Of a stretch of 64,000 bases of DNA, positions 28,461 to 38,534 are shown piece by piece. The stretch covers positions 7,225,190 through 7,289,189 of the forward strand of contig OZ037771.1 of assembly GCA_964035545.1 (NCBI GenBank), written 5' to 3'. The notes beneath the pieces are model-generated. The model was not told where the DNA came from, did no database searches, and saw only the letters and a program-made list of their open reading frames with translations. The position numbers and the translations under genes are program-made. The first letter of the stretch is position 1. Every line of letters begins with the position of its first letter. Source of the DNA: Bugula neritina (taxonomy: Eukaryota > Animalia > Bryozoa).

Positions 28461-31328
28461 TGCTGCTTAACGTAGGAAGGTTTGTTTTATGAAAATATAT
28501 CAGTTCCTGAAAATTAAAGAATATAACTGAATTAATAGACATATAGTCTAGTTTAAAAAGTGACAAGCATAACAACTTGGTATATTTCAAGCCAAAACTT
28601 TGAAAGTCTATATTATATTACATCAAAACTTTGAACATGTTGACCAACCCCTCCCCATCCCTCCCCCCCCCCACAGTTTATATATATGATTGAATAGAGA
28701 AATTTGATGGCTATACTAATTATTTAATACAATTCTACCCTATTTAAACCATTAATTGTAGTGTTTATAGCGGTTTTTTATTCTATTTTTTGCTCTTTGA
28801 AACAAGCAGATTAAAAGAAATTGAAAAATACTGAGCAATGATATTAGTTTAAATAAAAATAAAGAATTAACCTATACTTATAGTAGGTATTTTATTATAA
28901 AAAACAAATACTTCAGAATGGCTATATTGCTTCGTTTTTATTCTTTATAGATATAAAGTAAAAGATGTCTTTGTACACGCATAAAAATTCCCCATGCCAA
29001 CCATCTTCAATATCCAAATCCGAATACATAACTTCATAAAACATATTTTGTTAATTTTCTGACATTTTAACATATTACAGTTATATTCGCCTACATAAAT
29101 AGTCAGTATAATATATTCTATCTGTAATGCTTTTGTTGAACATGCTTTATGACTCTTTTTACCATAATTTTTAAGAAAAAAAAACTTTTTATTTACAAAC
29201 TCGTATTTTTTTCTATTAATATTGTTTCTCTCCATGAATTGTATCAATTAAAAACAAAAAATAATAATATATTTGGAAATAATTGATTTAAAACTATAAT
29301 ATACTTCATTTGCTGAACATTACATTATTATACCTATAAAAACCGATACCTAATTCCACAAAACTTGACATTGTAATAAAAAGCTATACAGCGTCGACAT
29401 AATAAATAAAATACATATGCACTACATTTCTATTATTCGAATTATAGATTTTTTCATTTGTCTTATGAAAATAGTTACATCAATCGAATAAAAGTGCAAC
29501 TATAAATTATTGCAAACCACAAATCACAAATAGTCTGTATGGGCATCTCGACTTATTTATCTGCCTTCATGGAAATGCATGGATAAAAACTAAATTGAGA
29601 ACAGTACTTTCAAATAAAAAATGCATAGCATTGACCAGCACACCGACCTATATATATATATATATGTAAACAATTTTTGTAAATATTAATCAGTTTACCT
29701 GCCTTTGGGCTATATGTCAACTTTTTTATTACTATTTTTTGAATATTGCTTCATATATTTTATTTTTACAATTTTTCATTTTTCATTTCAATGTCTTCAT
29801 CTGTGAACTTCAATTGTAAGTGACAAGGTTTGCCCATATAACTGCTCTAAATCTAAACCTTCCATAAATATTAGCAATTTAATATATACAAAACTTTGAA
29901 ATTCATTTAACAAAGTATAAAATGCATCTAGCCATTTATAACGTAGTTATGTTATATGTAAATGATATCCGTTACTGAGTGAATCCAAGTTTCAAAATTA
30001 TCAATAATTTATTTTTAAAATTTTGCTGTATTTTTTTCCTTTTCTCAAGACATTTGCACTGTTTATGGTTATTTATTGACTCATTACAAGTTATCAAACT
30101 GTATATGCAGCTTTTAGCTTTGTCATTTCCAGTTTAAAAATTATAGTATAATGAGTTGTCTCTTCTTTATTACTGTATTCTTTTTTTGAAGCTCCCAAAA
30201 ATATTTTTTGTAATTTCTTAATCCATATGCCTAATGAAATAGCATAGATCATTTAAGTTGTATGTATTTGTAGTTTCATGAAATTACATGTCATATTTAA
30301 AAAGTATAAAGATATTTGGTATCTTTACCTTTAATCAACTTATACAATATTCCTCAATCTGACCATAAAATTTAAATGTTTTATGATCAATTCATTCTAA
30401 GCAATCTGCTATGAAATTTTTGAGTGTGCTTTATCCAAATAAAGATTTTTAGGAATTGTTTGTTTGCTATTGTTAAATACCATTAGTAGACCATCTCCTA
30501 AAACTATTAAGTTTGCATTTTTATTAGTAATTTACTAGCTGAGATGTATTTTATTCAGCCAAAATCTTCTGCCAGTATATTTATAATAACAGCAGTCATA
30601 CTGACAAGATTCCTAGAAACAAGTGGCGGTCAGTAAAAGCTTTTTTCTCTCTGTTGTGTTGCATTTTTTAGTGAAACTTTGAGTATGTTTTGTTTTTAAA
30701 TTTTTAATAATATATCGCACCTTCTTTTTTATATAAATATATTACAGAGCATTTCAGTTTGTGGGCAGTTTTAAAATTATATTGTTTAGCTGTTTACTTT
30801 GATGCTCGAGCTTAAAATAATATGACCAAAGTCATAGATTACCAATTCAAATTTTACATTTTATTACTAGTTGCAAAGAAGTTTTCACTTTTCACCTTTT
30901 TTTCTTATATGAAAATATTTTAGAATTTATATGTATTTGAAAATGCTCAAGTTTAATTAATTGTCTAAATTTCAATTGGATTAGGCTTTACAAATTTTAT
31001 AAATTTATTAGAATCACTTGATGTAAAAAGTTATTAACGCAGTTGTTTTTTATCAAAAGATTCTAAAATCTAAATTATAAAAAAACAGTTTTATTGCTCT
31101 GACGATTCACTTGCTTAAGCCATACAGAATACATTATTACCTCAATGTTATATCCAGAATAGTGTGCAATATGCTTATTAATGTGTAAATGCCAATTACT
31201 GTCATATATAGTTGCCAGTCAATCTCTGCATGTGCGAGGTTTTACATTTTAAAACACAAGCCTTTAAATTTAACCAAATGCTGTAATTCATCCCAATAAT
31301 TGTTGTTTAAATTATAGCAAAGTGTGAC

Positions 31329-31965
31329 AGTAGTAGGAGGTGGATGGTCCTGGCTCACTCTTCTTCCACCGTCGAGTCTTCGACTCGACAGTGTCAGAAG
31401 AGCGATCCAGGACGCATCCACCTCCTACTACTCTATTAGTAATATTATAAAAAATAGTGTAATATTATAAAAAAGTAGTGTAATATTATAAATTTTATTT
31501 AAAAAAATTTTTTTAGGGTGGATGGTCCTAGCTCACAATACGATACTATTAGTAAGATAATAAGAGCTTCGACTCGCCAGTGTCAGGACGCATCCACCTG
31601 CTACTACTCTATTAATAATATTATAAAAAAAAGTAGTGTAATATTATAAAAAAGTAGTGTAATATTATAAATTTTATTTAGAAAAATATTTTTTTTAAAA
31701 ATAAGAAAAAAAATATTTTTAGGGTGGATGGTTCTGGCTCACAATACAATACTAATAGCGTTTAAACGTCATAACTTGGAAATGTTGGTAAAGATTCAGT
31801 AGATTCGGTTATACCTCCATCATTCGTTGATAAAACTAATTTATTACCAACCGCTCCTTGTAATTTAGGAATAGCGTAATTATTTATATTATAAGTAGTA
31901 ATAATATCCGCAATGCTTATACCGGTTTCTATAATATTACCATCACTCGAAAATACTAATAATTT
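31329..31965 (+). repeat. Left terminal inverted repeat (637 bp)
   Basis: Reverse complement of 45523-46159. One mismatch noticed (31852 vs 45636). Confidence 0.93.
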
Positions 31966-32418
31966 ACTTCCCGTTGATGATTGCGGTTTAGGTATAGCGA
32001 AATTATTTATATTACTAGTCGTAATAACATCGCTAACGCTTAAATTACTATCTACAATATTACCCGTATTAGTTGAAACGGTTAATTTTTCACTCGGGTC
32101 TCGTATAAGAGGTACGGCGTAATTAGATACATTAGTTTTCGTAACGACATCGTCAACTTTTAAATCGCTATCTATAACGCGTCCATCGTCGGTTGATATA
32201 GTTAACTGATTAATAGGATATAATATTTTAGGCATACTCGTATCGTCAACGTATTTTTTTGTGGCTACGTCTTGATCGTCAACCGGATTAATAACTCTAG
32301 ATATTTTATTTTCACCCATATCTAATGTACCCGTAAGAGTACTACTACCGTTTATTAAAACGAATTTTTTTGTATCTATTTTTGTTTTTTCGCTTCCTCC
32401 GAATTTATAAACACTCAT
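31762..32418 (-). CDS. Putative fibre/spike protein with about 40-aa repeats
   Basis: LDMGENKI...PVDDQDVATKKYVD resembles the trimeric fibre/adhesin neck motif. About 3.5 copies of a KLxxSTxxGxIxDS...NxAIP repeat. Confidence 0.6.
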   Translation of the reverse strand: MSVYKFGGSEKTKIDTKKFVLINGSSTLTGTLDMGENKISRVINPVDDQDVATKKYVDDTSMPKILYPINQLTISTDDGRVIDSDLKVDDVVTKTNVSNYAVPLIRDPSEKLTVSTNTGNIVDSNLSVSDVITTSNINNFAIPKPQSSTGSKLLVFSSDGNIIETGISIADIITTYNINNYAIPKLQGAVGNKLVLSTNDGGITESTESLPTFPSYDV

Positions 32419-32903
32419 TTATAATTGTAGTAAAGTTTTAACGACACTAATTCAAACGGTAAAGCTATAGGCGCGTTGTCATTAACCGTAATGTCATCGG
32501 GTTTACGACTAGTATAATTGTTTGAGCAGTGTAATACTAATCCAATATTTTTATCGCTCTCAATATATTCCAACATAGGTATTTTTACTCGCGCAACGCC
32601 TCCTTGAATTATATATTCTTTAGTATTGTGTTCGAGAGGGTTATTAACATCACCGATGATTAAAGTTAAATTTTTATCTTTCCAATATAAAGGATTATCA
32701 TTATTAGCTGGAAGATGTTGAAATTCTAATAAAGCGTATTTCAGTTCTATCGGTTTATCTACTATATATCCTAATAACATTCCTATATTAATCGTTGTAC
32801 TAAAAGATTGTATAAAAACGTCATTATTTTTAGTTACGACTCTTTCGATATAATTTTCTTTTTTAGCTTTCGCTAATGATTCACCAAATTTATAAACACT
32901 CAT
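32415..32903 (-). CDS. Unknown Polinton protein, paralog of 44479-45006 and 45003-45521
   Basis: Shared MSVYKFG N-terminus, LYWxDK, KPxD, ALPF and KLYYN motifs. Confidence 0.75.
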   Translation of the reverse strand: MSVYKFGESLAKAKKENYIERVVTKNNDVFIQSFSTTINIGMLLGYIVDKPIELKYALLEFQHLPANNDNPLYWKDKNLTLIIGDVNNPLEHNTKEYIIQGGVARVKIPMLEYIESDKNIGLVLHCSNNYTSRKPDDITVNDNAPIALPFELVSLKLYYNYK

Positions 32904-32906
32904 TTA

Positions 32907-33665
32907 TTACGGTATATAAAATTCGTCTAACCCGTGTCTATATCTCCCATTATTTTTTGAGGAAGAAAGATCTAAAGTAATAAAGCCGTGAGGTTTTTGC
33001 CATCCTTTATAACAAAAGTTTTTAAATTCGTTTAACGTTAAATCTCCGTTTACGTGATCTTGATATATATGATTTAAATTTTTTCCGTCTTGAGGAAATA
33101 AGCAAATAAAATTAGCGTTTTCTCGAATAGTATTTCTAGGCAGCTTAAAATAATTTTGCGACAAATAAAAACAATCGACGTTATTGTGTCGTCCTCTTAC
33201 GTAATAACTTTCGCAAGTTTTTTGTTTTTCCAACATTAAATCATCGAATATTATTAAATTTTTATTACTAGCGTCTAATTCGCTAGGATCATAAACGTCG
33301 TCACTAGATTCGATAAATTCAGCGTCTATATTACCGTTACCCCTACTATTTTTTAAAACACGATTTACGTTTATACCCGAATTTATTATCGCGTCACTAT
33401 TTTTAAAAAAATTTAAAATTTCTTCTTTAGTTAATTTACGTTCGAAAGCCTTCCTCATATTTATATATTCGGGTTGAGAAAGACTTTTACCGTAAATCAT
33501 AAGTTTATCGTAATCGAGCCAATTAGGTTGTAATAGTAAGTTACAAAGTAACGTAGTTTTACCGCATCCAGACTTTCCAACGATAAGACCTCTTATGCTT
33601 TTAGGAAGTAAAGGATTATTATTACGATTAATTTCGTTTTTCCACGAAAGATTTTCTATTTCCAT
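32907..33665 (-). CDS. A32/FtsK-HerA-type genome packaging ATPase
   Basis: Walker A GKSGCGKT, Walker B LIIFDD, RGRH motif, LSQ and IREN motifs. Confidence 0.92.
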   Translation of the reverse strand: MEIENLSWKNEINRNNNPLLPKSIRGLIVGKSGCGKTTLLCNLLLQPNWLDYDKLMIYGKSLSQPEYINMRKAFERKLTKEEILNFFKNSDAIINSGINVNRVLKNSRGNGNIDAEFIESSDDVYDPSELDASNKNLIIFDDLMLEKQKTCESYYVRGRHNNVDCFYLSQNYFKLPRNTIRENANFICLFPQDGKNLNHIYQDHVNGDLTLNEFKNFCYKGWQKPHGFITLDLSSSKNNGRYRHGLDEFYIP

Positions 33666-33680
33666 TTATTATAATAAATG
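33663..33680. promoter_or_regulatory. Perfect 18-bp palindrome CATTTATTATAATAAATG containing both divergent start codons
   Basis: The ATGs of the ATPase (-) and integrase (+) genes are 12 bp apart, each in a TAATAAATG context. Confidence 0.7.
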
Positions 33681-35042
33681 TATTGTTGTAAGTGTAAAAC
33701 TAAAACGAAAACTCTTAATTATGAAAAGAGAGTGAGTAAAAATAATAGACTAATGGGTTACGGTAATTGCGGTCAATGCGGATGTAAAAAGACTACATTC
33801 GTTGGGTCGGGTTTAGCTAATAATTTAATAAATAATTTACCCTTCGAATTGCATTATCCGGGCCATAATTTTTTAGGACCCGGTACTAAATTAAATAAGC
33901 GTCTTAATGACGACATGATTCCTAAAGAATGGAGTAAACCGGTAGATCGAGACGACGCTATAGCCATGAGACACGACGTATGTTACGCGCTTAATAAAGA
34001 TACTAAGACTAGAAACGAAATATGTGATAAAAATATGCTAGACGAACTGAAAGCTATACCTAATCCTACGCCCGCCGAACAGCGACACAGTCGTTTCGCC
34101 TCGGCAATAATAGGTGCGAAAAAGCGTTTAGGATGGGGATGGACGAACGAGTTAGCCGAAGAACTACATAAACCGCTACAAAAAAAATTTCGTAAAAGAC
34201 GAGTTTGGGTATCGGGTATCGATAATATTTGGGCGGCCGATTTGGTTGATATGACTGAATTCGCTAAATTTAATAACGGTTATAAATATTTACTAACGGT
34301 AATAGACGTATTTTCAAAATACGGTTGGATAATACCTTTAAAAAATAAAACCGGAAAAGCCGTTGCTTTAGCTTTAAAAACGATTTTAACTCGTCGTAAG
34401 CCTCAACATTTATGGGTTGACAAGGGAAAAGAGTTTTATAACAAAGACGTAAAGTCTTTAATAGACTTATATTCTACGGAAAATGAAGAAAAGTCTAGCG
34501 TAATAGAGAGGTGGAATAGAACAATGAAAGAGCGAATGTTTAAATATTTTTCGGCTAATAATACTTATAAATATATAGACGTACTAAAAGATTTAGTAAA
34601 ACGGTATAACGAGACTAAACATTCGTCTATTGGAATGACACCGATTGAAGCTAGTAATCCTTCTAATGAAAATAAAGTACGCGTGAAATTATATCTAAAC
34701 TTACCAGCGCCTTCTAAACCTAAATTCGCTATAGGTGATAAAGTGCGTATACCTCGTAAGAAACGAACGTTTGAAAAAGGTTATACAGTTAGATGGACGG
34801 AGGAGGTGTTTACTATAAGTAAAATATTATATACTAATCCGACTACTTATAAATTAACTGACTCGGGTGGAGAAGAAATTCAAGGATCTTTTTACGAACA
34901 GGAATTACAAAAGACGAGTCAAGAAATGTATAGAATAGAGCGCGTAATTAAAAAGAAAGGTAAAAAGGCTTTAGTAAAATGGTTAGGTTATCCCGATTCT
35001 CAAAACTCTTGGGTAAATTTAAACGTTTTAGAACGATTATAG
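33678..35042 (+). CDS. Zn-ribbon + parvovirus-type phospholipase A2 + retroviral-like (rve) DDE integrase + chromodomain
   Basis: CxxC...CxxC at the N-terminus. PLA2 motifs FLGPG and DAIAMRHDVCY. DDE motifs WAADLVD, WVDKGKEF, IERWNRT. Chromodomain YRIERVI...LVKWLGY...SWV. Confidence 0.92.
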   Translation: MYCCKCKTKTKTLNYEKRVSKNNRLMGYGNCGQCGCKKTTFVGSGLANNLINNLPFELHYPGHNFLGPGTKLNKRLNDDMIPKEWSKPVDRDDAIAMRHDVCYALNKDTKTRNEICDKNMLDELKAIPNPTPAEQRHSRFASAIIGAKKRLGWGWTNELAEELHKPLQKKFRKRRVWVSGIDNIWAADLVDMTEFAKFNNGYKYLLTVIDVFSKYGWIIPLKNKTGKAVALALKTILTRRKPQHLWVDKGKEFYNKDVKSLIDLYSTENEEKSSVIERWNRTMKERMFKYFSANNTYKYIDVLKDLVKRYNETKHSSIGMTPIEASNPSNENKVRVKLYLNLPAPSKPKFAIGDKVRIPRKKRTFEKGYTVRWTEEVFTISKILYTNPTTYKLTDSGGEEIQGSFYEQELQKTSQEMYRIERVIKKKGKKALVKWLGYPDSQNSWVNLNVLERL

Positions 35043-35343
35043 TGGACACAAATGTGTTTGTGTCCATAAAAAGTGGACACAAAAGTAGACACAAATGTGG
35101 ACACTAGACACAAAAGTGGACACAAATGTGTTTGTGTCCATAAAAAGTAGACACAAATGTGTTTGTGTCCATAAAAAGTAGACACAAATGTGTTTGTGTC
35201 CATAAAAAGTAGACACAAATGTGTTTGTGTCCATAAAAAGTAGACACAAATGTGTTTGTGTCCATAAAAAGTAGACACAAATGTGTTTGTGTCCATAAAA
35301 AGTAGACACAAATGTGTTTGTGTCCATAAAAAGTGGACACAAA
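35042..35343. repeat. 31-bp tandem repeat with an internal palindrome
   Basis: Unit GTRGACACAAATGTGTTTGTGTCCATAAAAA. Seven contiguous copies at 35116-35332, one at 35042-35072, plus partial copies. Confidence 0.95.
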
Positions 35344-35357
35344 TTAATATATAATAA

Positions 35358-36164
35358 ATGAGTTACTTAAAGATTCACGACCCTATAAAAAGAGATAAAA
35401 CCGTACAAGATTTTATTTCTCGAAAGAATAAATTAAAAGAAAATTTTAAACGAGAACGCGAGCGAGAATTAAATGCCGCTATAGCTCAAGAAAAATATTT
35501 TGAACCCGTAATTGCTTCGCAAGCTCAAACGACTGACGCGTTAAAACAATTGCTTACATTACCCAATTATAATGTTCAACCGGCTATAACGGATGGAGTT
35601 ATAAATTTAGACGAATTTACTCAAAACGCTTTAGCTGGCTTAGAACCCGGCGCTTATAACGTAAAGTGGGATGGTAATAGACACGTTATTGGTACAAAAC
35701 CTATAAGCTTTAACGATGGTAAAATAATTTTTGAAAACGAAGAATATCCGGCGACTAGAGGACTTTTAAGTCTTTTAACGCGTAAAACGCCTATAGGATA
35801 CGATGATAATGATTTAGCGAATTATGCTAATATACTCGATAATAGCGGCGCTATATATCAAAGTAAACACGGTCCCATAGATAAAAATAGTGAAAAATGG
35901 AAAAATATTGTTAGACCTATTTGGGAACAATTATATCCTCAGAGAGCGAAACTCGCCGATAGTAAAAAAGCTAAAAGGCAAGTCGGTGATGGAGTAGTAT
36001 ATTTATCGTCTGATCCTAACGCTTTAGTAGAACGACTCGAACTTTTAATTTCTAGCGCTAAAGCCGGAAATACGGGAGTACGAAACGAAATTGTGTCTAT
36101 ATTAGACGAATTACTTAGAATGAAAATTATTACTCGTGACTATTATAAAAGTATTCTCGTATAA
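35358..36164 (+). CDS. Conserved Polinton protein of unknown function
   Basis: 268-aa ORF. The C-terminal DPNALVERLELL...AGN...NEIVSILDEL motif is recognised from other Polintons. Confidence 0.75.
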   Translation: MSYLKIHDPIKRDKTVQDFISRKNKLKENFKRERERELNAAIAQEKYFEPVIASQAQTTDALKQLLTLPNYNVQPAITDGVINLDEFTQNALAGLEPGAYNVKWDGNRHVIGTKPISFNDGKIIFENEEYPATRGLLSLLTRKTPIGYDDNDLANYANILDNSGAIYQSKHGPIDKNSEKWKNIVRPIWEQLYPQRAKLADSKKAKRQVGDGVVYLSSDPNALVERLELLISSAKAGNTGVRNEIVSILDELLRMKIITRDYYKSILV

Positions 36165-36167
36165 TAA

Positions 36168-36467
36168 ATGTACGTTTACGATAAAAGACAACGATTACAA
36201 AGACACTACGCCGGTGGTGGAATATTTGATACTATTAGGAATGTAGTAACTAAAATAGCTAGTAATTCCAGCGTAAGAGAATTAGGTAAAAAGGCTATAG
36301 CTAAAGCGGGTACCGCGGCCGGTGAAAAAATTGTTAACGCGATTAAAAAAAGAAGGCAAAAAAAGTTGAACGCAAAAAGTCAAGCTATACTACAAAAGCT
36401 TAATCAAACTAACAATAATAATATAAGTAATATTTTAGAAGGAAGCGGACAAGCTATAGCTTATTAG
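36168..36467 (+). CDS. Small basic virion core/cement-like precursor
   Basis: Lys/Arg-rich. YAGG|GIF is followed by an amphipathic helix, and LEGS|G is present. Lies directly upstream of the MCP gene. Confidence 0.65.
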   Translation: MYVYDKRQRLQRHYAGGGIFDTIRNVVTKIASNSSVRELGKKAIAKAGTAAGEKIVNAIKKRRQKKLNAKSQAILQKLNQTNNNNISNILEGSGQAIAY

Positions 36468-36488
36468 AAAATTATTTTACTATAATAA

Positions 36489-37763
36489 ATGGATTCTCTA
36501 AACATTACACAAAAAATTGCAATTGATACGAGCGTAGAGCGCGATCAAGTACACGAATACGAACCCGTAACGGGAACAAATTTAAATAATCCCGGCGAAA
36601 TTAGAATAGTTATTAATCAGCAAGATTTGTACGTTCAGCCGAGTAAAAGTTATTTGATTATCGAAGGTCGTTTAACTAAAGCCGACGGAACCGCATACGC
36701 CGACGCCGACTTAATAACGTTAACGAATAACGGTATGGCTTATTTGTTTAAAAGTATTAGATATCAACTCGACGGACACGACTTGGAATATATAAATAAT
36801 CCCGGACACGCTTCTACTATAATGGGTTTACTAACTTATCCCGACGATTACGGTAAGTCGAGAGGTCTTAATCAATTATGGTCAAAAGACACTACCGCAG
36901 CCGCTGCCGCCGCTAATTTAGGTTTTAATGCGCGTCAAATTTATATTATACAAAAGCCAGATCCTAAAGGTACTTTTAGTATTAAAGTGGATCTTAGACA
37001 TTTGTTTGGGTTTGCCGACGATTACGAAAAAGTTTTGTACGGTATAAAACATCAACTCACTCTCGTACGCGATACTAATGATAATGCCATATTTAGAGCA
37101 AACGGTGTAGACGCCGGTAAAATAACGTTAGATAAAATATCGTGGTGGATGCCTCACGTAACGCCTAGTTTTGAAATGAAGCATAAACTTTATAAAATTA
37201 TAGAGAGTAAAACGGAACTACCCCTAATTTATAGATCTAGATGGTGTGATAGTATCGCGGTGCCGCAAACTACTAACTTTACGTGGCGTTTAGGTTCTAG
37301 AGGAGATACCGAAAAACCTAAATATATTATCGTAGGTTTTCAAACGGATAAGAATGAAAGTCAAACGGCTAATCCGGCAGTATTCGATCACGTTAACGTT
37401 AAAAGTATATACGCGATGCTAAATAGCGAGCGGTATCCCGAAGTCGATTACGATATAGATTTTGCTAAAATGAAGTTTAGTAGAGTGTACGGAGACGCTT
37501 CTAAGTTTTGCGGAGAATATTACGGTATAAACGAGCTAATCGCTTATTCAAACGTATTACCTTCGGAATATAAAGATCTTTACGCTTTGTTCGTAATAGA
37601 CGTTAGTAAGCAAAGCGAGGCTCTTAAAAGTAGCGTAGCCGATATTCAATTAAGAGTACAGTTTAGTCAAAACGTGCCGGCTAATACTCAAGCTTACGCG
37701 CTAATTCTATCGGATAAAACTATGTCTCTCAGTTCCGATGGAAATAATTTAAAAGTTATATAA
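36489..37763 (+). CDS. Major capsid protein (double jelly-roll)
   Basis: 424 aa, beta-rich. Motifs PSKSYLIIEGRL, KPKYIIVGFQ, LNSERYP and LFVIDVSKQ are typical of Polinton MCP. Confidence 0.88.
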   Translation: MDSLNITQKIAIDTSVERDQVHEYEPVTGTNLNNPGEIRIVINQQDLYVQPSKSYLIIEGRLTKADGTAYADADLITLTNNGMAYLFKSIRYQLDGHDLEYINNPGHASTIMGLLTYPDDYGKSRGLNQLWSKDTTAAAAAANLGFNARQIYIIQKPDPKGTFSIKVDLRHLFGFADDYEKVLYGIKHQLTLVRDTNDNAIFRANGVDAGKITLDKISWWMPHVTPSFEMKHKLYKIIESKTELPLIYRSRWCDSIAVPQTTNFTWRLGSRGDTEKPKYIIVGFQTDKNESQTANPAVFDHVNVKSIYAMLNSERYPEVDYDIDFAKMKFSRVYGDASKFCGEYYGINELIAYSNVLPSEYKDLYALFVIDVSKQSEALKSSVADIQLRVQFSQNVPANTQAYALILSDKTMSLSSDGNNLKVI

Positions 37764-38522
37764 ATGGAAAACAAATTATTAAGAGAAATTGCTGATAATA
37801 CGGCCTCTAAACAAACGATGACTATAGGAGTTACCGATACTAAAACGAGAATAATTACTCAACTTAATCCGCCTATAGAATTAAATAAAAATAAAAAATA
37901 CGAAATGTGTCTTATTAGTTTGGATACGTTTTATTCTTTTCCAAACATTAGTACCGATAGAAATTCCTATAGATGGTCTAAAGACGGTGGTACTACGTGG
38001 CATTTAGTTTCGTTACCAGTCGGAGTGTACGAATTAGATCAACTAGAAGAAGCTATTCAAGACGAAATAGTAAAAGAGGGGGGTAATAGAAACGGTATTA
38101 CTTTGCAAGCTAATAAAGTAACTTTTAGAATTATACTTAAATTAAAACCAAATTATCAAATAGATTTTAACGTTGAAAATTCTCTAAGAGACGTTTTAGG
38201 TTTTGACGCGGCGATATACAATCAACCTTATATCGAAGCTACGAACATAGTAAATATTTTAAATATAAACGCTATACACGTACAAGTTGATTGTATTAAC
38301 GGAAGTTATATCGATGGTACTTATAAACCCGTTATCTATTCATTTTTTCCGAGCGTTAGTCCCGGATATAAAATAATAGAAAAACCTCATAATTTAATAT
38401 ACTTACCCGTTCACGTTAAATATATTAAGACGTTAACCGTTACGGTAACCGATCAAAAAGGTAATTTATTAGATCTTAGCGGCGAACAACTTTCGATAAG
38501 ATTTCATTTAAGAGAAGTTTAA
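37764..38522 (+). CDS. Minor capsid protein (penton, single jelly-roll)
   Basis: LPVGVYEL, SLRDVLGF, YLPV and DQKGNLLDLSGE...RFHLR motifs. Follows the MCP gene. Confidence 0.82.
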   Translation: MENKLLREIADNTASKQTMTIGVTDTKTRIITQLNPPIELNKNKKYEMCLISLDTFYSFPNISTDRNSYRWSKDGGTTWHLVSLPVGVYELDQLEEAIQDEIVKEGGNRNGITLQANKVTFRIILKLKPNYQIDFNVENSLRDVLGFDAAIYNQPYIEATNIVNILNINAIHVQVDCINGSYIDGTYKPVIYSFFPSVSPGYKIIEKPHNLIYLPVHVKYIKTLTVTVTDQKGNLLDLSGEQLSIRFHLREV

Positions 38523-38534
38523 TGTATTATATAA

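Noticed and set aside
35000-35342. Three overlapping minus-strand ORFs
   Set aside because: Artefacts of the stop-free 31-bp repeat.
35042-35343. CRISPR-like array of palindromic 31-bp repeats
   Set aside because: The repeats are contiguous with no unique spacers, there are no cas genes, and the context is eukaryotic.
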